Positions 1 to 9,304 of a stretch of DNA of 64,000 bases are shown piece after piece (the first letter of the stretch is position 1; each line of letters starts with the position of its first letter). Origin of the DNA: an uncultured Nitrospina sp. Lineage in GTDB: Bacteria; Nitrospinota; Nitrospinia; Nitrospinales; VA-1. Both the position numbers and the translations under genes were made by a program. The notes under the pieces are model-generated. The model did not search any database. It saw nothing but the letters and a program-made list of their open reading frames with translations, and had not been told where the DNA came from. The stretch covers positions 7,397-71,396 of the forward strand of contig CAJWQP010000001.1 in the NCBI GenBank assembly GCA_913045445.1, given 5' to 3'.

Positions 1-70
1 AGGCGGGGGTAAGGCTGGCTCATCTGCTTAACAGTAGACTGAATTAACTCATTCGCAAAGGGAGAAACCG

Positions 71-790
71 GTGGTTGAAGAAAACCCATTATTTTTTAAA
101 CAATTGCTATCCGGAGTGGATGTAGGAAAGTCGGATTCTTCCGCTCAACAAATGGCAAACTTCATTTACCTGATTGGAGATAAAAATACACGCGAGTGCG
201 TGATAGTCGATCCTGCATGGGATATTGATGGGATACTCAAAGTTATTGAAGGTGAGGAAATGACGCTTAAAGGTTCCCTGGTAACTCATTACCACCCCGA
301 CCATGTTGGCGGGAGTATCTTTGGCATGAACATCAAAGGACTCGCGGAATTGATGGAGAAAAGTCCCGCTCCCGTTTATGTAAATAAACATGAGGCAGAT
401 GGATTAAAACAAGTGACAGGTCTTTCCGACACAGACCTGCGTTTGACGGATAGCGAAGAGAAGATCAAGGTAGGGGAGATCGATGTTACTTTTCTGCATA
501 CGCCGGGTCACACTCCGGGGTCGCAGTGTTTTCGGGTAGGAGATTACCTGGTTGCCGGAGACACCCTGTTTCTACAGGGGTGTGGTCGCGTGGATTTGCC
601 TGGAGGTGACAGCGAGGAAATGTACCATACACTGACTCGCCGACTCGCCAAGATTCAGGATGAAATCGTGCTTTATCCCGGACATAATTATGGCGGCAGG
701 CCGTTTGATGAGATGGGGAATGTTCGCGAAACCAATTCGTATTTACAAATCAATCGTTTGGAAGACTGGCTGGCGATCATGGGGGGCTAG
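71..790 (+). CDS. MBL-fold metallo-hydrolase (glyoxalase II-like)
   Basis: 239-aa ORF with a GTG start just after GGGAGA. It carries the HxHxDH metal motif in 'THYHPDHVGG', plus 'HTPGHTPG' and 'PGHNY'. Confidence 0.8.
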   Translation: MVEENPLFFKQLLSGVDVGKSDSSAQQMANFIYLIGDKNTRECVIVDPAWDIDGILKVIEGEEMTLKGSLVTHYHPDHVGGSIFGMNIKGLAELMEKSPAPVYVNKHEADGLKQVTGLSDTDLRLTDSEEKIKVGEIDVTFLHTPGHTPGSQCFRVGDYLVAGDTLFLQGCGRVDLPGGDSEEMYHTLTRRLAKIQDEIVLYPGHNYGGRPFDEMGNVRETNSYLQINRLEDWLAIMGG

Positions 791-961
791 TCAGGTTTCC
801 CGCTTAAATGTAACTTTTTTCTAGCAGTATTCTGACTTGCATCTTTCCGATAAATCTCATAGATTGTCGGCAGATTACGGAGCAGGGTGCCTGTAGCCAC
901 AGGTTTCCAGATAAATTATTCTCTATATCCTTAAACCACTTTTTTACGAGGTTTGATACAT

Positions 962-1633
962 ATGCGAACTATTTTATCCATGTTTGCCAAGTCGCCGTTC
1001 AAGCCGTTGGTGAGCCATATTGATTATGTCAATGAATGCGTCAACCAGATCGTTCCCCTGTTCGAAGCCTATAAATCAGGGGACCATAAAATGGTTGAGA
1101 CAATTTCAAAGTCAATAGAAAAGGCTGAGTACAAAGCCGACCAGATTAAAGATAATATTCGTCTCCACCTTCCGCAAAGTATTTTTCTTCCCGTGGATAA
1201 AAGAGATTTCATGCACCTTTTGTCAGCGCAGGATGATATCGCCGATGCTGTGGAAGATTTGACAGTTATCATGCGTTTGAAAAGTATTGATATCCCGGAA
1301 GAATTAATTGAACCCTTAATGGAACTGGTTCGGCACGTTGTGGAGACTGCGAATAAGGCGTGTAGCATGATTCGCGAATTGGAAGATTTACTGGAGTCCT
1401 CGTTTGGCGGGGCCGAAGCAGAGAAAATTGAAAAAATGGCCCAAGACCTGGGAACTTCCGAGTGGGAAGCAGATAAAAAACAGTTTTTGATAGCTAAAAA
1501 ATTATTTTCCATGGATGATAAACTTAATGCCGCTGAACTGATTCTGCTCAACGAGTTGGTGAAAAAGCTTGGTGGTGTGGCTGATCAATCTGAAAAAATT
1601 GGTAAAACTCTTCGTATGTTTCTCTCCCGTTGA
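962..1633 (+). CDS. DUF47 / PhoU-like phosphate-transport regulator (TIGR00153-type), partner of Pit
   Basis: Helical ~220-aa protein immediately upstream of a PiT transporter, which is the classic DUF47-Pit pair. I prefer the ATG at 962 ('MRTILSMFAKSPF') over the TTG at 953. Confidence 0.7.
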   Translation: MRTILSMFAKSPFKPLVSHIDYVNECVNQIVPLFEAYKSGDHKMVETISKSIEKAEYKADQIKDNIRLHLPQSIFLPVDKRDFMHLLSAQDDIADAVEDLTVIMRLKSIDIPEELIEPLMELVRHVVETANKACSMIRELEDLLESSFGGAEAEKIEKMAQDLGTSEWEADKKQFLIAKKLFSMDDKLNAAELILLNELVKKLGGVADQSEKIGKTLRMFLSR

Positions 1634-1683
1634 TTGAATTTCTGCATCAGCACGATGACGATTAAATTATCCGAGAGGTTATT

Positions 1684-2934
1684 TTGGATTTAAATACTTT
1701 CTTGCTGGTCTTTGCCATCGCGGCCTGTATTTACATGGCCTGTAATATTGGGGCAAACGATGTCGCTAATGCGATGGGCACCAGTGTCGGCTCCGGTTCT
1801 CTCACCTTCAAGCAGGCTATTCTGATTGCCGCCGTTGCCGAATTTGCCGGGGCTTATCTTGTTGGCGGACATGTATCAGATACCATTCGCAAGGGAATGC
1901 TCGATCCCACGATCTTCGCAGACGATCCGATCCATCTGGTGTATGGGATGATAGGAGCGCTGATTGCTTCTGCTGTGTGGCTTAATCTAGCCAGTTACCT
2001 TGGCTGGCCTGTTTCGACCACTCATTCCATTGTCGGTGCCGTTGTTGGATTCGGTGTGATGGCTGGTGGACTGGACGCAGTAAGCTGGGGCAAGGTGGGG
2101 AAAGTTGTGATGAGTTGGGTCATTTCCCCGGCGATGGGAGGGTTATGCTCTTTTATTCTTTTCCGATTTATCACATATCAGATTTTCAGCAGACGCAATC
2201 CCTTGCTGTATGCGAAAAGATTGTTGCCTTACCTGGTTTTTATGGTGTGCATCATTCTTGCAAATGCCATGCTTTACAAAGGGTTAAAAAATCTTCACCT
2301 TGATCTTTCCTTTGTTCAGGCAATGGCTTATGCCATTCTTGTTGGCGTGGCAGGTTTTTTTCTCTCGAAGGTCATCGTGAAAAAAGTCCCAGACGTGCCA
2401 AAGAGAGAGATTCACAAACAACTGGAATCAACAGAAAAAATTTTTAAATACCTTCAAATCCTCACCGCGTTTTACATCGCCTTCGCTCACGGATCCAACG
2501 ATGTGGCCAACGCCGTGGGACCACTTGCCGCAGTCGTTGCCATTCTGAAAAATGGAACCGTGCAGATGAAAGTGGATATGCCTTCGTGGATTCTCGCTAT
2601 GGGCGGAGCCTGTATTGTTTTCGGACTCCTGATTTGGGGAAGGCGGGTGATGGAGACGATAGGAAACAAGATCACCGAAATCACCCCCTCGCGCGGATTT
2701 TGTGCCACCTTTGGCGCCGCTACCGTTGTCTTGGTTTGCTCAAAAATGGGATTGCCGGTTTCCACCACACACACCCTTGTGGGTTCGGTCATAGGCGTTG
2801 GGTTTGCCCGTGGCTTGCCTACACTCAACCTTGGGATTATCCAGGAGATTGTAACGTCCTGGCTGGCCACGGTTCCCTTCACTGCAGTACTCTCTGCTAT
2901 TTTATTTAAAATCCTACTGATTACCCTGGGCTGA
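1684..2934 (+). CDS. pit: Inorganic phosphate transporter, PiT family
   Basis: 416-aa polytopic protein with the duplicated PiT signature 'GANDVANAMGTSVGS' and 'GSNDVANAVGP'. TTG start after GAGAGG. Confidence 0.9.
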   Translation: MDLNTFLLVFAIAACIYMACNIGANDVANAMGTSVGSGSLTFKQAILIAAVAEFAGAYLVGGHVSDTIRKGMLDPTIFADDPIHLVYGMIGALIASAVWLNLASYLGWPVSTTHSIVGAVVGFGVMAGGLDAVSWGKVGKVVMSWVISPAMGGLCSFILFRFITYQIFSRRNPLLYAKRLLPYLVFMVCIILANAMLYKGLKNLHLDLSFVQAMAYAILVGVAGFFLSKVIVKKVPDVPKREIHKQLESTEKIFKYLQILTAFYIAFAHGSNDVANAVGPLAAVVAILKNGTVQMKVDMPSWILAMGGACIVFGLLIWGRRVMETIGNKITEITPSRGFCATFGAATVVLVCSKMGLPVSTTHTLVGSVIGVGFARGLPTLNLGIIQEIVTSWLATVPFTAVLSAILFKILLITLG

Positions 2935-2952
2935 CCAACACCACAGATTAAA

Positions 2953-3153
2953 ATGTTTTATAATGAGTCAGGGCGATTGAGAAGCATCCATGATTGGCAG
3001 GGGGGCGGGCTGTTGAAAGTGCTATGTTATCTGATTTTATTTTTCCTTTCCTTCCTTGTTTTTGAATCCATTTCAGTCATTGTTGCAGTGGGTGTTGCGT
3101 TGTTTGCCTTATATTATTTCACCGTAATAAAACCTTCCGGCAAACGACTTTAA
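2953..3153 (+). CDS. Small hypothetical membrane protein
   Basis: 66-aa ORF with one or two hydrophobic helices. I recognise no family, so it may not be expressed. Confidence 0.3.
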   Translation: MFYNESGRLRSIHDWQGGGLLKVLCYLILFFLSFLVFESISVIVAVGVALFALYYFTVIKPSGKRL

Positions 3154-3177
3154 TCCAGTAAAAAAGGATGGCGTTCC

Positions 3178-3981
3178 ATGTCAAAAATAGTATCCGGTCA
3201 GTTGCGTAAAATGACCCATGAGGCTGACACGCCTGTTAAGTATTTCCTGAGTCTGAACGATGAACGGTATCCGTTGACTCCCGAAGTGGGTCACCGTGTC
3301 AGCATGAAATTTACCGGAAAGATCACCTGTATCGAGTGCGGCCGCAGGATCAAGAAAACCTACAATCAGGGATATTGCTTTCCCTGCACACGGGATTTGC
3401 CGGAAAATGATATTTGCGGAGTGCGTCCGGAAAAGTGTCAGCACGACAAAGGGAATGAGGCCGACCGTGAATTCTATGAAAAGTATTGCAATATAGATCA
3501 CTTCGTTTATCTGTCACAGACTTCCGGGGTGAAAGTGGGAATAACCCGTCACTATAATATCCCAGGTCGTTGGATTGACCAGGGGGCGGTGAAAGCATTG
3601 ATCATTGCCAAAGTTCCCCGGCGGATTTTATCGGGGCAGATCGAGGTGGTTCTGGCTAAGAAGATTTCCGACCGGACCAATTGGCGGAAAATGATTTTTG
3701 GGCAGATTGAGGATGTTGATTTCCCCGCGATGCGGGAGCAAATGATAGCAAGCATTCCAGAGGACCTTAGGAAATATGCTTTGCAAGGGGAGAAGGTTCA
3801 GTCCTTCACCTATCCTGTCGAGTCTGTTCCGGAAAAAATAAAAAGCCACAACTTGGATAAGGAGAATGAGTTTGTCGAGAAGCTTACCGGTATTAAAGGC
3901 CAGTACCTGATATTTGAAAACCGGGTGATCAACCTGCGAAAATACGCAGGCTACCATATTGAATTTGCATTTGAGGAGTGA
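3178..3981 (+). CDS. DUF2797-like Cys-rich protein
   Basis: 267 aa with 'CIECGRRIKKTYNQGYCFPC' and 'CGVRPEKCQHD...HFVYLSQTSGVKVGITR', which matches my recollection of the DUF2797 pattern. Confidence 0.6.
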   Translation: MSKIVSGQLRKMTHEADTPVKYFLSLNDERYPLTPEVGHRVSMKFTGKITCIECGRRIKKTYNQGYCFPCTRDLPENDICGVRPEKCQHDKGNEADREFYEKYCNIDHFVYLSQTSGVKVGITRHYNIPGRWIDQGAVKALIIAKVPRRILSGQIEVVLAKKISDRTNWRKMIFGQIEDVDFPAMREQMIASIPEDLRKYALQGEKVQSFTYPVESVPEKIKSHNLDKENEFVEKLTGIKGQYLIFENRVINLRKYAGYHIEFAFEE

Positions 3982-4022
3982 GAAGAAATGCTTGCTCCCT
4001 TTTTAGGGGGAGCTTCAATGAA

Positions 4023-4080
4023 CCCCTCTTTTCAAAGAGGCCTGTCCAGAGCAAAGCGTGGGAGGTTGGGGTGGTTTAAA
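4023..4080 (+). repeat. Intergenic repeat family 1, copy A (full length ~58 bp)
   Basis: 'CCCCTCTTTTCAAAGAGGCCTGTCCAGAGCAAAGCGTGGGAGGTTGGGGTGGTTTAAA'. It aligns nearly end to end with 7016-7073 and starts with the hairpin CCTCTTT/AAAGAGG. Confidence 0.8.
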
Positions 4081-4094
4081 GGTTTGCAACGAAA

Positions 4095-4136
4095 CAAAAA
4101 AAGCCACACCCGACCAACGCCGGGTGTGGCTTTTTT
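4095..4136. terminator. Bidirectional intrinsic terminator between DUF2797 gene (+) and desaturase (-)
   Basis: An 11-bp stem AGCCACACCCG/CGGGTGTGGCT flanked by an A-run upstream and a T-run downstream. Confidence 0.8.
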
Positions 4137-4153
4137 GTAAAGCGTTTAACGGG

Positions 4154-5050
4154 TTAGGCGGCTAACTTGACTATTTCCCCTTCAAAAGCAGAATCGGTTG
4201 AAGTCGGGTTTGAAGTGGGGCTCACCTTGGCAATCTTGATATTTTTCGCCAGCCCCAGTTTCTTGAGAGTCCAGATAGCCATCCAGGTCATGTCAATTTC
4301 TCCGGGACGCAGGCCATGTTTTGCAGATTTTGCAAAAGCGTGATGGTTGTTGTGCCAGCCTTCGCCGTAAGCGATGATGGCCACCCACCAGCAGTTGGTT
4401 GCCAGATCATCTTTCAGTTGAAAGTTTTTATAGCCGAAAGCATGGGCCGCGCTGTTAACAAACCAGGTGCCATGATAAACCACTACCAGGCGCAGGAATA
4501 TTCCCCACACCACCCAGGGTAACCCGCCAATAGCCAGAAAAATAAATCCAAGAATAAACTGGTTTTTAATATAATGGTTTTCTAGGAACTGGTAGAACTT
4601 GTTGTCCGTAAGATCTTTCGTGTAGCTTTGAATTACTTTTGGGTCGTCAAACTCAGGATTTTTATAGAGCATCCATCCGAGATGTGCCCACCAGAGACTG
4701 TCTTTGGCGCTATGCGGGTCCCGGTCTGTATCCGATCCTGCATGATGCATCCGGTGATGGGCTATCCACTTGATAGGTCCGTTCTGGCAGGCCAGTGATC
4801 CGATAAACACAATTGTGTTTGCCAGCCATTGGGGAATATCCATACCCCTGTGTGCCAGATATCTGTGATAACCGAAACAGATGCCGATGGAAGCCGTCAG
4901 CCAGTGCATAAATAAAAACAGGCCCACTGCGCTCCAGGAGAATGCAAATGGAAATAAGGCCAATAAAGCGCCAACATGCAAGAAGATGAAAAAACCAGCT
5001 ATTTCCTTGTTAAACGTGAGTTTGGGTTTTACGCGGGTAAGTGTTGGCAT
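4154..5050 (-). CDS. Membrane fatty-acid (acyl-CoA/acyl-lipid delta-9-type) desaturase
   Basis: Three histidine boxes ('HRYLAHR', 'HRMHHAGSD', 'HNNHHAF') and N-terminal transmembrane helices. Confidence 0.85.
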   Translation of the reverse strand: MPTLTRVKPKLTFNKEIAGFFIFLHVGALLALFPFAFSWSAVGLFLFMHWLTASIGICFGYHRYLAHRGMDIPQWLANTIVFIGSLACQNGPIKWIAHHRMHHAGSDTDRDPHSAKDSLWWAHLGWMLYKNPEFDDPKVIQSYTKDLTDNKFYQFLENHYIKNQFILGFIFLAIGGLPWVVWGIFLRLVVVYHGTWFVNSAAHAFGYKNFQLKDDLATNCWWVAIIAYGEGWHNNHHAFAKSAKHGLRPGEIDMTWMAIWTLKKLGLAKNIKIAKVSPTSNPTSTDSAFEGEIVKLAA

Positions 5051-5129
5051 AGACTCTTTTTTCCAATAGGTTATTAAATTTGTCGTTTACTTCTACTTGT
5101 GACTATACTAACCCTGAATATGGAAATCC

Positions 5130-5147
5130 TATGTAAAAGTTATGTAA
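5130..5147. promoter_or_regulatory. Direct repeat TATGTAA-N4-TATGTAA (11-bp phasing), candidate OmpR-family binding site
   Basis: An exact 7-mer occurs at 5130-5136 and 5141-5147, in the divergent desaturase / histidine kinase (HK)-response regulator (RR) intergenic region. Confidence 0.35.
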
Positions 5148-5208
5148 TATTAGGAGATAGGGAGATTTGGCCACATCTGAAGATGTCACCTGAAATAGAG
5201 ATTCCAAT

Positions 5209-6198
5209 ATGAATCGACTACGAGCATTATTTCACCCGATATTCGTTTTTATAGGGGTGCAGGTTGCCTGGATAGGCTTGATGGCGGTCTGGATATACTG
5301 GTATGTTAAAAACAGCCAGAATCTGGCTGAGTTTGCGCAAAACCTTCCGCCCGAACTTCTGGAATCGGACCTCAACTGGGTCGTCCTGCTGGAGGGCGGG
5401 GTGTTGATGTTCATGATTCTCGCCGGGGTTTACGTGATATTCGTCTATTGGAATAAACAGGCCCGGTTGAACCAGCTTCAGAGCAACTTTGTTTCCAGCG
5501 TGTCGCACGAATTGAAATCGCCACTGGCATCCATTCAGCTTTATCTGGAAACGCTCAAGTATCAGGAGGTATCGCCGGAAGAGACACGCGATTTTGTGGA
5601 AACCATGCTGGTCGATACAGGGCGCTTATCAGATCTGATCGACAATATTCTGGAATCCAGTAAGTCCGACCCCAAAAGCATGCAACTCCAGTTCACTACA
5701 GTGGACATTGTGGCATTTTTGCGGGAAACGATAGAGCATCATAAAAGACTGTTTGAAGACAAGCACTGCGAGGTCAAGCTCAACATGGAGACTCAACCCA
5801 AAGTCAGCATGGACATGCGGGCCATACGCATGGTGTTTAATAACCTGATCGTGAATGCCCTGCGATATTCGTCTGCGGGTTCGTCCCTCACCATTCAAGT
5901 ACAGCAGGATGAGGATTTTTGTAATATTGACTTTATAGATCAGGGATTCGGATTCGATAAAAAAGATTTGAAAAGAGTTTTTAAGAAATTTTATCGCGTG
6001 CAGAATCAGGAAACCCAGAATATTGAAGGAGCCGGGCTGGGCTTGTATATCTCCCAGCAAATTGTTAAAAGCCATAAAGGAAAAATCAGCGCGTCCAGCG
6101 AAGGCCGGGGAAAAGGAGCCTGCTTCACCGTCAGTTTGCCGCTGGCTACTTCTCTCAGCGAAACCAGGCCTGAAGAAACTACCGAAGAAGGGAATTGA
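5209..6198 (+). CDS. Sensor histidine kinase (two TM helices, short loop, no recognisable sensor domain)
   Basis: Hydrophobic helices lie at about aa 9-32 and 57-80 and are followed directly by the H-box 'SHELKSPL'. ATPase boxes are 'NLIVNALRYS', 'DQGFGF' and 'GAGLGL'. Confidence 0.85.
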   Translation: MNRLRALFHPIFVFIGVQVAWIGLMAVWIYWYVKNSQNLAEFAQNLPPELLESDLNWVVLLEGGVLMFMILAGVYVIFVYWNKQARLNQLQSNFVSSVSHELKSPLASIQLYLETLKYQEVSPEETRDFVETMLVDTGRLSDLIDNILESSKSDPKSMQLQFTTVDIVAFLRETIEHHKRLFEDKHCEVKLNMETQPKVSMDMRAIRMVFNNLIVNALRYSSAGSSLTIQVQQDEDFCNIDFIDQGFGFDKKDLKRVFKKFYRVQNQETQNIEGAGLGLYISQQIVKSHKGKISASSEGRGKGACFTVSLPLATSLSETRPEETTEEGN

Positions 6199-6911
6199 TT
6201 GTGCCGGAATCGAGCAGAATATTATTAGTTGAAGATGATCCTCATCTGGCGAAAGGGCTTCTGTTTAACCTGGAGCGGGAAGGGTACGAGGTTTTCTTGG
6301 TCGATAACGGAGTGTCGGCGCTCGATCAATTGCGGGGAAAAGATTTCGATCTGATCATCCTCGACCTCATGCTCCCTAAAATGGGTGGACTCGAAGTGGC
6401 TCGCACCATTCGCGAAACCAACATGCGCTTTCCCATCCTCATGCTCACCGCGAAGTCCTCAGACAAGGACCGGGAAATCGGATTGGAAGCGGGCGCCGAT
6501 GATTACCTGGCCAAACCGTTTCACTTGCCAGAACTTTTGTTGCGAGTGAAAGGTATCCTGCGGCGGTCGGAGTGGTACAAAGAGCCAGTGCACGATCAGG
6601 AGATTTACCGCTTCGGCGAAATGTGGATTAACTTTGGCACCGGACAGGCGCACGGTGTCGATGGCGAGTTTTATCTCACCACCAAAGAAGCCCTGGTCAT
6701 GAAACTGCTGGTCGAGCAGAAAGGCGATGTCGTCAGCAGAGAAGAATTGCTGGAAAAAGTCTGGGGCTACGATCCACAAACCGAGACACGAACCGTGGAT
6801 AACTTTATTTCCCGCCTGAGAAAATACTTTGAGAAAGAACCGCAGAATCCAACCCACATCATCACCCTCAGGGAAAAAGGTTATCAATTCAAATCTGATA
6901 AAGATGGATGA
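6195..6911 (+). CDS. OmpR/PhoB-family response regulator
   Basis: Receiver motifs 'ILLVEDD', 'LIILDLMLP' and 'KPF', plus a winged-helix C-terminus 'RTVDNFISRLRKYF'. The start overlaps the HK stop (TTG 6195 or GTG 6201). Confidence 0.9.
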   Translation: MIVPESSRILLVEDDPHLAKGLLFNLEREGYEVFLVDNGVSALDQLRGKDFDLIILDLMLPKMGGLEVARTIRETNMRFPILMLTAKSSDKDREIGLEAGADDYLAKPFHLPELLLRVKGILRRSEWYKEPVHDQEIYRFGEMWINFGTGQAHGVDGEFYLTTKEALVMKLLVEQKGDVVSREELLEKVWGYDPQTETRTVDNFISRLRKYFEKEPQNPTHIITLREKGYQFKSDKDG

Positions 6912-7015
6912 CCTTAACAAATGCAACTACTGAAATAGTGTGGTCAAGGGAGAGTTTGCGCCCTTTGCTTGTTAGTATGATGAAAATTAGGCTTGTCTAA
7001 CTGATGGAGGCTTGG

Positions 7016-7073
7016 CCCTCTTTCCAAAGAGGTCTGTCCAGAGCGAAGCATGGGAGGCTGGGGTGATTTAAAA
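7016..7073 (+). repeat. Intergenic repeat family 1, copy B (full length)
   Basis: 'CCCTCTTTCCAAAGAGGTCTGTCCAGAGCGAAGCATGGGAGGCTGGGGTGATTTAAAA'. Near-identical to copy A apart from a few transitions. Confidence 0.8.
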
Positions 7074-7122
7074 CTTCTTGTGCCCAGCTCTCAATCCTTT
7101 GATATACCTAAGTTAGTTCCGT

Positions 7123-7818
7123 CTACAATTTCCAGTGTGCAATTTCTTCTGCCAGTTGGTTGTCGAAGCGTTCTACAGAAACGGGGTTGATGAACGGGCA
7201 CTCGCCAATTACCGGTACTCCAGATAATTCGTGAATCAGGTTGGCTTGTCCCTTTTCCACATCGTTGAGAGGGTTATTGTCCGAGCGATTTAAAATGACT
7301 CCCGCGATTTCGATTCCGGTAGACTGAGCCGTTTTCAGGGTGAGGAGAGTATGGTTGAGCGTGCCAAGCGTTAACCGGCTCACGATAATGAGCGGGAGGT
7401 CCATATCCCGTATGAGATCGGTTATGAAATAGTCGGGTTTCAGTGGGACCATGAGTCCTCCGACCCCTTCGACCAGTATCTGATCATGCCGGGTCTGGAG
7501 TTTCCTGAAATTTTCCAAGATGGAGTCAATGGCTATCGTTTGTCCGGTCATTCGTGCGGCTTGCAGTGGTGCGGCTGGTGGCTGGAGGCGGATGGGGCAG
7601 ACCTCTTCCAGCGCATCCTGATTGCCCGAAACCGCCAGCAGAAATTTGGCGTCGGAATTGGCTTCCGAACTACATTCAGGGTCAATTCCCGTCTCCATCG
7701 GCTTCATAACGCCCAAGTCCACTCTTCGTTTGTGGTAAAGGGCCAGGAGGCACGCGGTGACGACGGTTTTGCCGACACCGGTATCGGTTCCTGAAATAAA
7801 ATAGCCTTTCGATTTCAT
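7123..7818 (-). CDS. bioD: Dethiobiotin synthase
   Basis: 'GTDTGVGKT' P-loop, 'MKPMETG' and 'VEGVGG', with a typical length of 231 aa. Confidence 0.85.
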   Translation of the reverse strand: MKSKGYFISGTDTGVGKTVVTACLLALYHKRRVDLGVMKPMETGIDPECSSEANSDAKFLLAVSGNQDALEEVCPIRLQPPAAPLQAARMTGQTIAIDSILENFRKLQTRHDQILVEGVGGLMVPLKPDYFITDLIRDMDLPLIIVSRLTLGTLNHTLLTLKTAQSTGIEIAGVILNRSDNNPLNDVEKGQANLIHELSGVPVIGECPFINPVSVERFDNQLAEEIAHWKL

Positions 7819-7999
7819 AGTTTTCCCACCGGTGGGTTTTATGTCTCACACCGTTGCCACGCGTTTTTAAAAAATATGCTTCAGGACACTCTGTTTGCTT
7901 GCGGCTGCGCAGTTCGTTTTCTTCGGTAATATGACGTTGTCCGATTGTCCCATGTTCTCGCATATTTAGAAATTATTTTTTAGAGACTCATTGAGAGCA

Positions 8000-8028
8000 T
8001 TCCGGGAAAGATAAAGTTCTGATATAAT
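8000..8028 (+). promoter_or_regulatory. Candidate sigma70 promoter (extended -10)
   Basis: TGATATAAT at 8020-8028 with a weak -35 TTCCGG at 8000-8005 (17-bp spacer), about 50 nt upstream of the 8077 ORF. Confidence 0.3.
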
Positions 8029-8076
8029 AGGGCCGGTTCAGTCAGATTCTCCATATTGGGAAAGGTGCGATAGATC

Positions 8077-8367
8077 ATGGGTTCGGGAAAATTGGAAGTC
8101 ACATGTCCCTGCTGTGAAACTAAAATGCAGGTTGATAAAAAAACGGGCGAGGTTATCTGGAAAAAGGAGAAGGCGAAAGCCATGCCTTCCCTTTCCGATA
8201 TGGTGAAAGATCACAATGCCCATCAAAAGGAACAAGGGTCAATATTTAAGAAACGAAGTGAAGTGGAGAAAGATAGAAACCGCCTGCTGGAAGAGAAGTT
8301 CAAGGAAGCTCAGAAAAATGTGGACAAATCTGTAGATATTCCCCTTCGCGATATCGACCTGGATTAG
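8077..8367 (+). CDS. Hypothetical small protein with N-terminal CPCC motif and charged C-terminal half
   Basis: 96-aa ORF beginning 'MGSGKLEVTCPCCETKMQV'. I recognise no family. Confidence 0.45.
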   Translation: MGSGKLEVTCPCCETKMQVDKKTGEVIWKKEKAKAMPSLSDMVKDHNAHQKEQGSIFKKRSEVEKDRNRLLEEKFKEAQKNVDKSVDIPLRDIDLD

Positions 8368-8460
8368 TAGGGCAACTCCTGCCCTCCACTCATTAAAGCT
8401 TTGGGGTAGGCTGGACGGGCCTTCAGGTTTGCGAACAAGCAAGGCTAAAGCCTTGCCCTA
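8368..8460. repeat. Palindromic intergenic element bounded by TAGGGCAA / TTGCCCTA
   Basis: 8-bp terminal inverted repeats at 8368-8375 and 8453-8460, with internal hairpins AGGGCA/TGCCCT (8369-8385) and GCAAGGC-TAAA-GCCTTGC (8439-8456). It has no T-run, so it is not a classical terminator. Confidence 0.4.
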
Positions 8461-8470
8461 CCGCCGCTGG

Positions 8471-9235
8471 TTAATTTTCCACAACCATTCCATCGTAAGC
8501 CAGTTCTACGCCTTCGGGTAATTCTGCCGAAACCATTTCATGATCGAATTTATGATTGATGTGCGTGAAAATCGTGCGCCTGGGTTTAAGTTCTTCAACG
8601 GTGGCCAGGGCCTGGCTCAATGAAAAGTGAGTGGGGTGTGGGGCGAATCCGAGGGCATTGAGGATCAGGATATCCAAATCCTGCAACTGTTCCTTTGTTT
8701 CGTCGGGGATTCCACTGCAATCGGTTATATAGGCACAGTTATTGAGTTTGTAGCCCAGAATGGTCAATTCCCCATGAATGATATCGAGCGGCGTAACAGC
8801 GACCCCGCCGAGTGTAAACGTTTCACCATTAACAGGATGTAGCTTGAGCTTTGGCAACCCACCACCCATCTGTGTCGTTCCATTGAAGATGTAATCAAAC
8901 TTTGTCCGAATTTCATGAATAGTGCTTTCATTCGCATAGCACGGGATGACCAGATTATTGAAAAAGTTGAAGCTTCTCAATTCATCTATTCCGTGCACAT
9001 GGTCGGCATGATGATGAGTGTATAGAACCTGATTGATCTGGGTGATGTTGTTGGTCAGACACTGTTGCCTGAGGTCGGTCGACGTGTCAATGAGGAGATG
9101 GTTTCCGTTATTGCGGATAAGAATGGAGGAACGCAGGCGTTTGTTCCTGGGATCGGATGATGTGCAGACATCGCAGTCACAACATAGAGAGGGAACACCT
9201 GTGGATGTTCCTGATCCTAGAAAAAGGATATTCAT
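8471..9235 (-). CDS. MBL-fold metallo-hydrolase (PhnP-like)
   Basis: 'FLGSGTSTGVP', a Cys-rich 'CCDCDVC' insert and 'HHHADHVHG'. Confidence 0.75.
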   Translation of the reverse strand: MNILFLGSGTSTGVPSLCCDCDVCTSSDPRNKRLRSSILIRNNGNHLLIDTSTDLRQQCLTNNITQINQVLYTHHHADHVHGIDELRSFNFFNNLVIPCYANESTIHEIRTKFDYIFNGTTQMGGGLPKLKLHPVNGETFTLGGVAVTPLDIIHGELTILGYKLNNCAYITDCSGIPDETKEQLQDLDILILNALGFAPHPTHFSLSQALATVEELKPRRTIFTHINHKFDHEMVSAELPEGVELAYDGMVVEN

Positions 9236-9304
9236 TGATCCTAAAGGGATGCACCGACTCTCTTCAGAGTCGCCGGGGTTCTTGTTGGCTACAGTTCGAC
9301 ATTA

